Sequence record: PV745554.1
DNA length: 64,000 nt
Reading direction: 5' to 3' (one strand)
The notes under the pieces are model-generated. The model did not search any database and was not told the origin of the DNA. It saw nothing but the letters and a program-made list of their open reading frames with translations. A program made the translations under genes and the position numbers. Below, one piece after another: positions 1 to 8,112 of this stretch; the first letter of the stretch is position 1; each line of letters opens with the position of its first letter.

Positions 1-2
1 GC

Positions 3-779
3 GCTCTGGGCGAAGTTTTGTGGGACTACTATGACTTGCATTACTTCAAACGGAAGCGCTCCGAGTGGAAGTACCAAAGATTTACTTTGGTTTATCAACA
101 ACTTGCGGACGCCGCCTCGGACACGTCGATCGCGTCCAAGTTCCAGACCTACCAGCACCTGCCGCACCTGGACCCGAAGGTCCTCAAGGCGCGCATGGAC
201 GCGGGGCATGTTGACGATCGCGGCCGGCCGATCCCGGACCGCAAGGAGCACTTCCGCCGCATCGTGACCTCGGTCGACGCGGCCCAGAAAAAGGGCGCGC
301 GCAACGACTACACGGTCGTCCAGGTGTGGGGCGAGACCCACGATCGCAAGCACTACCTGATCTACCAGGAGCGCAAGAAGGTCGAGATCAACGACCTGAT
401 CGAGATGGTCGAGCGCATCTCCAAGCGCTTCGACGTCGACTCCATCCTGGTCGAGGACAAGGGCAACGGCACCGCCTACATCCAGGCGCGGGGCCAGACC
501 GACAACCAGCGGCGGCTCGCGCCGGCCCCGATCGAGGCGATCCAGGTCCCCAGCACCTACTCCAAGGAGTTCCGCTTCAACGAGGTCATCCCGATGATCG
601 AGGCCCAGGAGGTCTACCTGCCCGACAAGGCGCCGTGGCTCGACCTCTTCATCCGCGAAGTCGGGCAGTTCCCCGAAGGCGCCCACGATGACCAAGTCGA
701 CGCCATGACGCAGTACCTCCGCTGGGCCAAGTCCAAGCGCACGCGGTTCGGCGCGCGCAAGGTCGGCTCGATGGGCTGA
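3..779 (+). CDS. terL: Terminase large subunit, C-terminal nuclease domain (5'-partial)
   Basis: Frame open from the window edge; RNaseH-like terminase motifs VDAAQK...DYTVVQVWG, ILVEDKGNG and FPEGAHDDQVDAMTQ. Confidence 0.93.
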   Translation, partial: ALGEVLWDYYDLHYFKRKRSEWKYQRFTLVYQQLADAASDTSIASKFQTYQHLPHLDPKVLKARMDAGHVDDRGRPIPDRKEHFRRIVTSVDAAQKKGARNDYTVVQVWGETHDRKHYLIYQERKKVEINDLIEMVERISKRFDVDSILVEDKGNGTAYIQARGQTDNQRRLAPAPIEAIQVPSTYSKEFRFNEVIPMIEAQEVYLPDKAPWLDLFIREVGQFPEGAHDDQVDAMTQYLRWAKSKRTRFGARKVGSMG

Positions 780-842
780 TTAACCATCTTCGTTCACCCT
801 GTCCGGGCCTGTTAACCTTAACACAACGAGGGTTAACAGGCC

Positions 843-978
843 AGGGACCCATCGAAATTAACCCTTGGGGACCCAGGGAAATCATCAGCCGGGGACCCTG
901 CCAAATTCAACGCTGGGGACCCACCAAAATCATCCCTCGGGGACCCTAGCAAATCGTGGCTCGGGGACCCTGGCAAAT
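843..978 (+). repeat. Six-copy array of RGGGACCC-N4-AAAT with an exact 24-bp period
   Basis: Copies start at 843, 867, 891, 915, 939 and 963. Confidence 0.92.
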
Positions 979-991
979 CAAGGAGCCGGCG

Positions 992-1225
992 ATGGCCGAA
1001 CTCATGAGCCTGCTGTTCAACCTCGCCCCGTTCCTGCTGCTGGCGATCGTCGTCTACCACGTCCTGGAGGCCTTCTGGGCGGTCTGCCTGTGGGTCTACG
1101 GCCTGCGTACCCTGTGGAAGCTCCACCGCGACGACCTGTGGGAGGCGCTGAGCCTGGAGCGCGCCCTGAGCCCGTTCACCCATCACCGGGACATGAACGG
1201 CAACCTGCCGCGCCCGCCGACCTGA
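992..1225 (+). CDS. Small membrane protein
   Basis: AGGAG RBS; hydrophobic N-terminus LLFNLAPFLLLAIVVYHVLEAFWAVCLWVYGL. Confidence 0.7.
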   Translation: MAELMSLLFNLAPFLLLAIVVYHVLEAFWAVCLWVYGLRTLWKLHRDDLWEALSLERALSPFTHHRDMNGNLPRPPT

Positions 1226-1233
1226 TGCCCCAA

Positions 1234-1257
1234 GTCACGGACTGTAGGTTTCATGAC
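1234..1257. promoter_or_regulatory. 24-bp GTCAC-N14-RTGAC operator-like palindrome
   Basis: GTCACGGACTGTAGGTTTCATGAC; same length and arms as copies at 32699, 38619, 57729 and 59599. Confidence 0.5.
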
Positions 1258-1297
1258 AAGGTGGATTATTCCACAACGAAATCAAAGGCTTATCGCC

Positions 1298-1546
1298 ATG
1301 TCATTCCGCGCGTTCCTCCACGACCTCGCCGTCCGTTTCGTAGTTTTGGGGTGGATTTTTGCCCAAAAACCCCAGAAATGGGCTCCAAAAGGGCATAATT
1401 TTCAGCCCATCCCGCCGGCCCAGGTCGAGCGGCAGGACCTCCGGGGGCGCGTGCTCCTCCTGAGGAGCTTCGGCGTCCTCGCCGCCGCATGCACAACCAT
1501 GGGCCTGTGTCAATACCTGCTCTGGCGCCGCGCGGCCATGTCATAG
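1298..1546 (+). CDS. Hypothetical membrane protein
   Basis: 82-aa ORF with two hydrophobic stretches; weak RBS. Confidence 0.45.
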   Translation: MSFRAFLHDLAVRFVVLGWIFAQKPQKWAPKGHNFQPIPPAQVERQDLRGRVLLLRSFGVLAAACTTMGLCQYLLWRRAAMS

Positions 1547-1563
1547 ACTAGGGCTTTCGTGAC
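1540..1563. promoter_or_regulatory. 24-bp operator-like palindrome (reverse orientation)
   Basis: Reverse complement reads GTCACGAAAGCCCTAGTCTATGAC. Confidence 0.5.
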
Positions 1564-1593
1564 GACCTCACGTTTACGTTACCGGATAACCCC

Positions 1594-1749
1594 TTGCCGC
1601 ACCTGCTCTTCTGGCTCTCGGCCGCCTGCATCGCCCTGGCCTGGGTGATCTGGGCCGCCGCCCGGCTGATCCGCCGCGATCGCCAGCGCCGCGCCGCTGG
1701 AGCGCGCCTGGGCCGGCGCACCGCAGCCGCCCATATGCGCCATATCTGA
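1594..1749 (+). CDS. Tiny membrane protein (51 aa, TTG start)
   Basis: LLFWLSAACIALAWVIWAAA helix followed by an Arg-rich tail. Confidence 0.4.
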   Translation: MPHLLFWLSAACIALAWVIWAAARLIRRDRQRRAAGARLGRRTAAAHMRHI

Positions 1750-1795
1750 GCCCTTATCGCCCTTTAGGGCTCAGATACGCGACATTACGGCCCTC

Positions 1796-1963
1796 TTGAC
1801 GCCCCCGCGTTCTGAGGAACACGGGGGCGTTTTGACGTCGGCGCATTTCAGACTTGACGCGCGAGCATTTCAACGCCGGAGCGTTTTGACGCGGGCGCAT
1901 TTTCGATTCAACGCGCGAGCGTTTTGACGTCCGAACGTTTTTCAACTTGACGTCGTTTCATTT
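1796..1963 (+). repeat. Array of ~8 copies of a 17-bp element T(T/C)(G/A)ACG-N5-(G/A)C(A/G)TTT
   Basis: Starts at 1796, 1832, 1854, 1870, 1886, 1908, 1924 and 1947; preceded by a 12-bp perfect inverted repeat (1743-1777). Confidence 0.85.
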
Positions 1964-1980
1964 ACCACGAGCGCCTTAGG

Positions 1981-2207
1981 GTTAACCGCCGAGCCTGGGA
2001 ATGGTTAAGGCCCGTTAACCATGTTTGTTAACCCTCAGGCCGTTAACCTATCACCCGTTAAGGTTAACGCACCCCGGCCATTAACCCTGAGCGTGTTAAG
2101 GTTAACACCCCGTTAAGGTTAACAATTAAGGTTAACGCCCCCGGTAACCCTGCCGCCGTTAAGGTTAACAAACATGGTTAACGGGCCAGACCGGCGTTAA
2201 CCTTAAC
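1981..2207. repeat. TTAA-dense array: GTTAAGGTTAAC repeats and CtrA-type sites
   Basis: 19 TTAA in ~230 bp; GTTAAGGTTAAC at 2057, 2095, 2112, 2158 and reversed at 2196; TTAA-N7-TTAA at 2102-2116; TTAACCAT or its reverse at 2001, 2015 and 2174. Confidence 0.9.
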
Positions 2208-2220
2208 GGCCAGAGCCCAG

Positions 2221-2260
2221 GCCCTACCGGGTATGACCTGCCGGCCATACCCGGTAGGGC
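2221..2260. repeat. Perfect 15-bp inverted repeat GCCCTACCGGGTATG / CATACCCGGTAGGGC
   Basis: Direct reading; a related GCCCTACC stem recurs at 11062-11100. Confidence 0.85.
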
Positions 2261-2265
2261 GCGCC

Positions 2266-2523
2266 TCACGCGTCCGCGTCGGGCGACGCCGCCGCGCCGT
2301 ATTCGTGGTCATTCCAGAGTATGCCCAGAATTTCGTCAGGCCCGAACGAAGGAAGCAAGGTTTGCAGGGCGTCGTATGTCTCGCGAAAGGCGCTCGCGTC
2401 GTCGTCCTGCATCCAAACCGACTCCTTGCCGGCCTTGTCGCGGAACGTGTACGCCGCGCCGTTCCCGTAGCTGTCGAGGGCGAAGCGTTCGCCCTCAGAA
2501 ATGCGAATCGGTCCTGAATACAT
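2266..2523 (-). CDS. Early hypothetical protein (85 aa)
   Basis: MYSGPIRISEG...; CCTTGGAG RBS and a minus-strand copy of the early promoter at 2580-2596. Confidence 0.75.
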   Translation of the reverse strand: MYSGPIRISEGERFALDSYGNGAAYTFRDKAGKESVWMQDDDASAFRETYDALQTLLPSFGPDEILGILWNDHEYGAAASPDADA

Positions 2524-2579
2524 GGGGCGATCTCCAAGGGCGCGGGGTGCGCCGACCCGTGCAATCTGGACCCCCAATT

Positions 2580-2646
2580 CTTAACAAAACGTAAACGCCA
2601 GAGCCTTTTCCGTGTTTACGTTTTGTTAAGACTTTGCCGCTAGTGT
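2580..2646. promoter_or_regulatory. Divergent pair of CtrA-box-like early promoters
   Basis: CTTAACAAAACGTAAAC (2580-2596) and its reverse complement GTTTACGTTTTGTTAAG (2614-2630), then GCTAGTGT -10-like element. Confidence 0.8.
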
Positions 2647-2686
2647 TCCTTGTGCCGGCGCATCCCGCGCCCTTGGAGCCTGGATC

Positions 2687-2980
2687 ATGTCCAACCGTTA
2701 CGACGTTGAATATACAGACACTTTCGCAGGCGAGGCGAATTATTCTGGGGTCCGCCGCGCGGCCGTGACCATGCCAGAGCTAACCCATTATGGGTACGAT
2801 GGCGGAACAAACTACGCCAAGGCGAACAAGGTTTTTAACCGCGAACTCATGAAGCGCGCCAAGGCCGCCATGGGTCTAACGGGCGTTCGCGGCGTTTCGG
2901 CCGCGCACGGTGACGGGCTGGAATTTCGGCCCTATAGGTCCGCGACGGTGCTTTTCGTGACCTATCGCGACGCCGACTAG
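2687..2980 (+). CDS. Early hypothetical protein
   Basis: TTGGAG RBS; follows an early promoter. Confidence 0.75.
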   Translation: MSNRYDVEYTDTFAGEANYSGVRRAAVTMPELTHYGYDGGTNYAKANKVFNRELMKRAKAAMGLTGVRGVSAAHGDGLEFRPYRSATVLFVTYRDAD

Positions 2981-3140
2981 GCAAGCCGCCCGGCGCCCTC
3001 CAGAGGACGCTGGGCGAACGCTTGCCCAGCGCGTTAACCATGTTTTTGAAAAGCGCCCAGCCCCGCCGTAGCGCCCCTACGGTTCGAAGAGCCCGGCCCT
3101 GCCGGTCCTGCCGGCTACAGGTCCAATCTAGCGGCCAATC

Positions 3141-3217
3141 CTTAACAAAACGTAAACGCCAGAATCTTTTTCGGGGGCTTTCGCGTTTACGTTTTGTTAA
3201 GAAATAGGGTCTAGTGT
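3141..3217. promoter_or_regulatory. Second divergent pair of CtrA-box-like early promoters
   Basis: Same 17-mers at 3141-3157 (-) and 3185-3201 (+); CTAGTGT -10-like element. Confidence 0.8.
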
Positions 3218-3265
3218 CCCTCTTGTCGGGGCCACCCCCGGCGCTCTTTGACATTGTGAGGCAAC

Positions 3266-3454
3266 ATGATTCCCTCTGAAGTTCTGAATCCGCGCGAGCA
3301 CTGGACTCCCGTCGCCTCGCGCGAGGAAGCCGAAAAGATCGCCGCGCGCTGCACCGAAGGCGACCCCGTCGGCCGCTACTACGTCGAGGAAAAGGGCGCC
3401 GGCTACGCTGTCGCCTATGACGACGAGGCGGGCGAATTCGTCGCCTACCTGTAA
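3266..3454 (+). CDS. Early hypothetical protein
   Basis: GAGG RBS; 62-aa acidic ORF. Confidence 0.72.
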   Translation: MIPSEVLNPREHWTPVASREEAEKIAARCTEGDPVGRYYVEEKGAGYAVAYDDEAGEFVAYL

Positions 3455-3519
3455 ACCTTTTGTTAAGACCTGACCTCTAAACCGGGGTCAGGTTCAACCC
3501 CTGGAGGCCCTGCCCCATG
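3452..3519 (+). promoter_or_regulatory. Early promoter plus leader, nearly duplicated at 3900-3968
   Basis: TAAACCTTTTGTTAAGACCTGACCTCTAAA...CCCCTGGAGGCCCTGCCCCATG. Confidence 0.8.
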
Positions 3520-3903
3520 CCCAACCCCGGACTCTTTCGCGCCATGGCCAAAGCCGCCAAGCCGGTGATTAAGGCCTATCACGCCGACTTCGAAATTCAC
3601 GACGCCAAGGTGATTCACGGCCTAAAGGACGGCGATGTCATCTTGTGGGCGCCGGACGCGCACGGAACGACTCTTATCGTCCTGGCGCGGGCTGGACGGC
3701 CCAACCATCGCGCCGCCGAACACTTCGAAGCCGCCAAGGCCCGCAACGCCCCCGCGTGGTTTGTCGCGTCGCTGTACCATGACGGCGAGTCGGGTCACTG
3801 GAGCCTTTCGCCGGCGCCGGACGCGCCCGAAATCGTCGCCCGCTTCGCCGAACAAGCCGCCCGCGACACCGCCCCGGACCCGGTGCGCGAGCTACACCTT
3901 TAA
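3517..3903 (+). CDS. Early hypothetical protein
   Basis: GGAGG RBS; 128 aa. Confidence 0.78.
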   Translation: MPNPGLFRAMAKAAKPVIKAYHADFEIHDAKVIHGLKDGDVILWAPDAHGTTLIVLARAGRPNHRAAEHFEAAKARNAPAWFVASLYHDGESGHWSLSPAPDAPEIVARFAEQAARDTAPDPVRELHL

Positions 3904-3968
3904 CCTTTTGTTAAGACTTGACCTCTAAACAGGGGTCAAGTCCAACCCCCTGGAGGCCCTGCCCCATG
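3900..3968 (+). promoter_or_regulatory. Early promoter with perfect CtrA box TTAACCTTTTGTTAA
   Basis: TTAA-N7-TTAA at 3900-3914; near-copy of 3452-3519. Confidence 0.85.
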
Positions 3969-4505
3969 TCCGTTATCGAAACCGCCAACCTCTCGCGCGG
4001 CCGTGTTCTCACCGTCGAAATCGACGACTGCGCCCAAGAGCCCTACGCCGACGACAAGGGCGTGCGAATCGTCGTCCTGCATCGCCATTGGACGAACCCC
4101 GCCGCCGGCCTGCTGGACTCGGTCGAGGACGTTCAAGCCTTCGAGGCGCAGAACGCCGCGCCCGACTCTGAATGGGCGATCTTTGAGCTATGGGTGATGG
4201 ACCATAGCGGCCGGACCTTCAAGGCCGGCGCGCTGGGCGCCGGAAACCCGTTCGGCGCCGGACCCTACGCCCAATGGGATAGCGGCCGGGTCGGAGTCAT
4301 CGCCCTGGCGCGCGCCGAGTGGCCCGCCGCCGACCTCAAGACCGCCCAAGGCGTCGCCGACACCTACGGCGCATGGGCCGAAGGCGAGGTTTACCAATTC
4401 GTCATTTCGAACCGCCGGGGCGACGTGCTCGACTCGTGCGGCGGGTTCTACAGCGTCGCCGAAGCCCTGGCCGCCGGCCGCGACGCCGCCAAGGTGAAAG
4501 CGTGA
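3966..4505 (+). CDS. Early conserved hypothetical protein
   Basis: GGAGG RBS; WDSGRVGVI...WAEGEVYQF...DSCGGFYS motifs resemble a widespread phage/plasmid hypothetical family (recollection, not searched). Confidence 0.78.
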   Translation: MSVIETANLSRGRVLTVEIDDCAQEPYADDKGVRIVVLHRHWTNPAAGLLDSVEDVQAFEAQNAAPDSEWAIFELWVMDHSGRTFKAGALGAGNPFGAGPYAQWDSGRVGVIALARAEWPAADLKTAQGVADTYGAWAEGEVYQFVISNRRGDVLDSCGGFYSVAEALAAGRDAAKVKA

Positions 4506-4696
4506 GAGTCGCCCGCGAAAGCTTCGCCGTGTTCTGGACCCGCCCCGGCTGGCGCGTCCAGTTTCACGCCGACATGAAACGGGCGCTGTACCCGACCGCC
4601 AAGGCCGCCGCCGACGCCTTCGCCGCCATGTTCCCGGCTGATCAGGTCAAGAGCGTGCGCGACGGCTCCGGCCGCTTCCTGGCCTTCAAGCGCTAG
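4502..4696 (+). CDS. Early hypothetical protein (GTG start)
   Basis: GTGA overlap with the upstream stop; 64 aa. Confidence 0.7.
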   Translation: MRVARESFAVFWTRPGWRVQFHADMKRALYPTAKAAADAFAAMFPADQVKSVRDGSGRFLAFKR

Positions 4697-4701
4697 ACCA
4701 G

Positions 4702-4731
4702 ACGCCCCGGAAAACTTTTCCGGGGCGTTTA
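4702..4731 (+). terminator. Rho-independent terminator
   Basis: ACGCCCCGGAAAA-C-TTTTCCGGGGCGT stem followed by a T-rich tract. Confidence 0.75.
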
Positions 4732-4760
4732 CTTTTTGTTAAGGAATGGCGTCTAGTGTC
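4728..4760 (+). promoter_or_regulatory. Early promoter (CtrA-box variant)
   Basis: TTTACTTTTTGTTAA...CTAGTGT. Confidence 0.75.
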
Positions 4761-4804
4761 CCTCTTGCCGCCGGGCAATCCCGCCCGGCCTTGGAGTTCT
4801 TCCC

Positions 4805-5323
4805 ATGCCGGAATTTGTCCTAGATACGTCGGGCCAAGTCGCCCCGCCCGCCGCCGCCAAGCTTTGGCCGCACCCCCTGGCCTGGAATCAGTTGAGCGAT
4901 TTTGCTCAAGGCTACATCGAGGCCCTGTTTTTCACCGAGTCGTCGCCGGCCTATGACCGCGCCGAATGGTTCGGCGCCGAGTGTCAAGAGGCCCTGGAGG
5001 AAGGCACGGCGGACGGGAACATTCCGGGCGATGTCGGATTCGCCGACCTCGCGCCCGCCACCCTGGCGCGCATCGTCGCCGATTGCGCCGACTTCCAACG
5101 CCAGCACGCCGACGCCCTGGCCAAGGCCTATGACCACGGCGGCGCGTCGGGCGACTATGACGACGCCGCCGCCGGCCGTGATTATTGGTATACCCGCAAC
5201 GGCCATGGCGTCGGGTTCTGGGATCGCGGACTCGGCGCGATCGGTGAGGCCCTGAGCAAGGCCGCCCGCTACAGCGAGCAAAACGCCTCTTTCGAGGATG
5301 ACGAAAAGGTCTATCTCTCTTAA
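4805..5323 (+). CDS. Early hypothetical protein
   Basis: TTGGAG RBS; 172 aa; ...DYWYTRNGHGVGFWDR motif. Confidence 0.8.
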   Translation: MPEFVLDTSGQVAPPAAAKLWPHPLAWNQLSDFAQGYIEALFFTESSPAYDRAEWFGAECQEALEEGTADGNIPGDVGFADLAPATLARIVADCADFQRQHADALAKAYDHGGASGDYDDAAAGRDYWYTRNGHGVGFWDRGLGAIGEALSKAARYSEQNASFEDDEKVYLS

Positions 5324-5352
5324 CCTTTTGTTAAGACTTGGCCTCTAGGGTC
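5320..5352 (+). promoter_or_regulatory. Early promoter with perfect CtrA box
   Basis: TTAACCTTTTGTTAA at 5320-5334. Confidence 0.85.
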
Positions 5353-5415
5353 AGGTTGTCCCGGCGCCGGGGCTGGAACCCCCGGCGCGTCCATTCCGTG
5401 AAAGGAATCCATACC

Positions 5416-6162
5416 GTGTCTTTTGGTCAATTCTCCGCCGACGCCCGCGCCCCGCTGTCGAAATCCGCCATGCTGGACGCCCTCCCCGCCGCGCGCCGTG
5501 ACGCTCTGGTCAAGTCCAGCAAGCCGGCGCGAAACACGCTCGATTACACAACCGCCGACGGCGTGCGCCGCGTGCGCTTGCATGACACCGACGTTTTGAC
5601 GTTCCACGTTAACGGCGCCGTCGAGATCAACACGGGCGGCTGGAATACCCTAACCACGCGCGACCGAATCAACACGTTCGCCCCGCCTCACGTGCGCGTC
5701 TACAGCGACAAGGGCCGCGCCGTGGTTCGCGCCTTGCCGGCCGGTGACGGCGCCGTCACGTGGTCCAGCCCCGCCGCGTCCAAGCCGTTCGCCAAGCGCG
5801 CCACCGTTCACCCGGACGGCCGAATCGAAGTGGACGCGACCGTCAAAGAACTGGAGGCGATTCCTAGCCTCATCCGCCGCTATCTGGAGGCCTTCAAGGC
5901 CGGTTTCCCGTTCAACTCGTCGGGTGACCCGTGGATGACGCCCGGCGCCCTTGTCGCCCCGGAAACCGCCCTTGACTGGCTGGGCGCCGACAGCGGCAAG
6001 CCGTACCTGTTCGACTCGATCCTGTTTCACGCCCATGTCGCGGCCGGCCTGACCGAAGAGGGCGCGGCGTTCTACATGCGCGAGGCCGCCCGGCGCGGCG
6101 TCGACAAATTCAATCTCGGCCGCATCCGGCGTTACCTCAAGCGTTGCCTTCGCGAAGCCTAG
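5416..6162 (+). CDS. Early hypothetical protein (GTG start)
   Basis: AAAGGA RBS; 248 aa. Confidence 0.75.
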   Translation: MSFGQFSADARAPLSKSAMLDALPAARRDALVKSSKPARNTLDYTTADGVRRVRLHDTDVLTFHVNGAVEINTGGWNTLTTRDRINTFAPPHVRVYSDKGRAVVRALPAGDGAVTWSSPAASKPFAKRATVHPDGRIEVDATVKELEAIPSLIRRYLEAFKAGFPFNSSGDPWMTPGALVAPETALDWLGADSGKPYLFDSILFHAHVAAGLTEEGAAFYMREAARRGVDKFNLGRIRRYLKRCLREA

Positions 6163-6171
6163 ACCCTGCCC

Positions 6172-6202
6172 GGCCGCGCCGCCCTGGCGCGGCCTTTCTT
6201 TT
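6172..6202 (+). terminator. Rho-independent terminator
   Basis: GGCCGCGCC-gccct-GGCGCGGCC followed by TTTCTTTT. Confidence 0.8.
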
Positions 6203-6213
6203 CCGTGTACGCG

Positions 6214-6247
6214 TTAACTTCTTGTTAAGACTTTACGCGCTAATGTC
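6214..6247 (+). promoter_or_regulatory. Early promoter with perfect CtrA box
   Basis: TTAACTTCTTGTTAA at 6214-6228, then GCTAATGT. Confidence 0.85.
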
Positions 6248-6298
6248 CCCTTGCCGCCGGGCAATCCCGCCCCGCCGCCTCTCAAAGGATCGCCACCC

Positions 6299-6919
6299 AT
6301 GGCCCGCCTGATCAAAGCCAAGTCCACCGCCGAACAAGCCGAAGCCCTGGCCAGCCTGCAAAAAATGCTCAAGCCGGGCGACACGGTTTATCCCGTGCTG
6401 CGCCACGTCTCGACCTCCGGCATGATGCGAGTCATTGACCTGATTATCCCGGTCACGGTCGAGACGTCGCAAACCCTGCCGGCCGGCGCGCGCGGCTTCA
6501 AGATCGGCGTTCAAGCCTATGCGACCCCGCCGGAGCGCAACGCCCCCCGCGCCTTCTCAACCGGCGCCGTGACGGCTTTCGACGCCGACACCGTGACCAT
6601 TGCCTATCAGGCCACCGCCGACGGCCGGGGCGAGGCGGAATCGGTGACGTGGCCCCGTGGTCAGGTCAAGTTCTACGCCAAGAGCAAGCGCCCTGGCGTC
6701 CGCTCGATCGGCTGGCTTGCCGCGAAGGCTATGGGCGACACTTTCGACGCCGACCGCCAAGGAATCAAGGTCGGCGGGTGCGGTATGGATATGGGCTTTC
6801 ACCTCGTTTACAGCCTGGGCCGCACGCTCTGGCCAAAGGGAACGAAAAAGCCGCACGGCTCGCGCAACGGCGAGCCCGACCGCGACGGCGGTTATGCGCT
6901 GAAACATTCCTGGCTTTAA
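6299..6919 (+). CDS. Early hypothetical protein
   Basis: AAAGGA RBS; motifs LRHVSTSGMMRVID and GIKVGGCGMDMGFHLVYSLG. Confidence 0.8.
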   Translation: MARLIKAKSTAEQAEALASLQKMLKPGDTVYPVLRHVSTSGMMRVIDLIIPVTVETSQTLPAGARGFKIGVQAYATPPERNAPRAFSTGAVTAFDADTVTIAYQATADGRGEAESVTWPRGQVKFYAKSKRPGVRSIGWLAAKAMGDTFDADRQGIKVGGCGMDMGFHLVYSLGRTLWPKGTKKPHGSRNGEPDRDGGYALKHSWL

Positions 6920-6949
6920 CTTTTTGTTAAGAGTTTAGCCGCTAATGTC
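6916..6949 (+). promoter_or_regulatory. Early promoter with perfect CtrA box
   Basis: TTAACTTTTTGTTAA at 6916-6930, then GCTAATGT. Confidence 0.85.
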
Positions 6950-6997
6950 TCCTTGCGGCCGGGCAATCCCGCCCGGCCGCACCCGGAACCAAAGCCC

Positions 6998-7270
6998 ATG
7001 ACCCGCGCTCAAGTCCTCGCCGAAATCGCCGCCCTCGAAGGCGTCCAAGCCCGTTTCGTCACCGAAACCAAGGAATTCCGCGTCACCCTGACTTTTGGCC
7101 CGCTTCCCATGGGGCGCGGCTCGCAAGCCTGGATGAACGCCCGCCGGGAAGCCGTCGCCTACTACACCGAAGACAAGGCCGACGCCCTGGCCACCGCCCG
7201 CGACATGTCGGCCCGTTGGGTCGCCATGACCCCGGCGCAACGTGATCACCTGTACCGCAACGCCGCGTAA
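6998..7270 (+). CDS. Early hypothetical protein
   Basis: 90-aa ORF after promoter and leader motif. Confidence 0.72.
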   Translation: MTRAQVLAEIAALEGVQARFVTETKEFRVTLTFGPLPMGRGSQAWMNARREAVAYYTEDKADALATARDMSARWVAMTPAQRDHLYRNAA

Positions 7271-7308
7271 CCCTTCGTTAAGACCCGGCCGCTAGAGTGG
7301 CCGGGTCA
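7267..7308 (+). promoter_or_regulatory. Early promoter (CtrA-box variant) with -10 inside an inverted repeat
   Basis: GTAACCCTTCGTTAA, then GACCCGGCC-gctagagt-GGCCGGGTC. Confidence 0.75.
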
Positions 7309-7334
7309 TCAACCCCCCGCAAGGATCGCCCGAC

Positions 7335-7613
7335 ATGCGCAAGCCCCTGACCCAAGAGCAAAAGGCCCGCCGCCGCGCGCAACGCCGCGCCGCCCGCCTG
7401 ACCTGGAGCGACGAACGCCGCGCGGCCGAATACGCCCGCCAATCGCGCTTTTTCCTGATGATCGCCGAACGCGCCCAAGTCGCGGGCGACCGCACCGAAG
7501 CCGCCCGCCTCGCCACCGTCGCGCAACGCAAGGTGACCAACTGGCGCATGGCGGAGGCGTGCGCCCGCATCAACGCCCTTTCCGTCCACGCCTGGGCCGC
7601 TGTCGCGGCCTAA
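7335..7613 (+). CDS. Early Arg/Ala-rich hypothetical protein
   Basis: AAGGA RBS; 92 aa. Confidence 0.7.
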   Translation: MRKPLTQEQKARRRAQRRAARLTWSDERRAAEYARQSRFFLMIAERAQVAGDRTEAARLATVAQRKVTNWRMAEACARINALSVHAWAAVAA

Positions 7614-7630
7614 CTGGAGAACCCCGCCCC

Positions 7631-7954
7631 ATGCCCCCGATGACTCACCCTCACGCCCTGGCCTTGATCGCGCTCGCCGAAAAGGTCCTGCCCCTGACCA
7701 AGCTGCACCCGCTGGACCAAAGGGCCGCCGCTGTCGATCTTATCGGCGACCTCTACAGCCTCGCCGACTCCATCGACGCCACCGCCGGCCACTTGGTCGC
7801 CGCTGTCAACGGCGCCTTGCGCGACGGCTGCGAGGGTTACGCGCCCAAGAGCCGCGCCGCCGCCGCTGTCGCCACCGTCCGCGCCGACGAACTGCGCTCC
7901 GCCCTGGAGGCGTACACCGAAGCCGCCGCCCTGGCCCTGCCGAAGGTTGCCTAA
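7631..7954 (+). CDS. Early hypothetical protein
   Basis: TGGAG RBS; 107 aa. Confidence 0.68.
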   Translation: MPPMTHPHALALIALAEKVLPLTKLHPLDQRAAAVDLIGDLYSLADSIDATAGHLVAAVNGALRDGCEGYAPKSRAAAAVATVRADELRSALEAYTEAAALALPKVA

Positions 7955-8112
7955 CGTGACCGCCCTGCAATGCGCCGGCTTCGCCGCTCAACGTCGCGGC
8001 GTCAAATGGTGGAATAACCCGCATCCGGCCGGCTCTCCCGCCGCCTATCAATGGGATCAAGGCCACACTTTCGCCCGCCGCTCGATCACCGCCGCCTAGG
8101 AAAGGCCCCGAC

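Noticed and set aside
843-978. CRISPR array
   Set aside because: Repeat core only 8+4 nt, spacers ~8 nt, and no cas genes in the window.
2847-3254. Minus-strand 135-aa ORF
   Set aside because: It crosses two promoter motifs and overlaps a better-supported + strand gene; no RBS.
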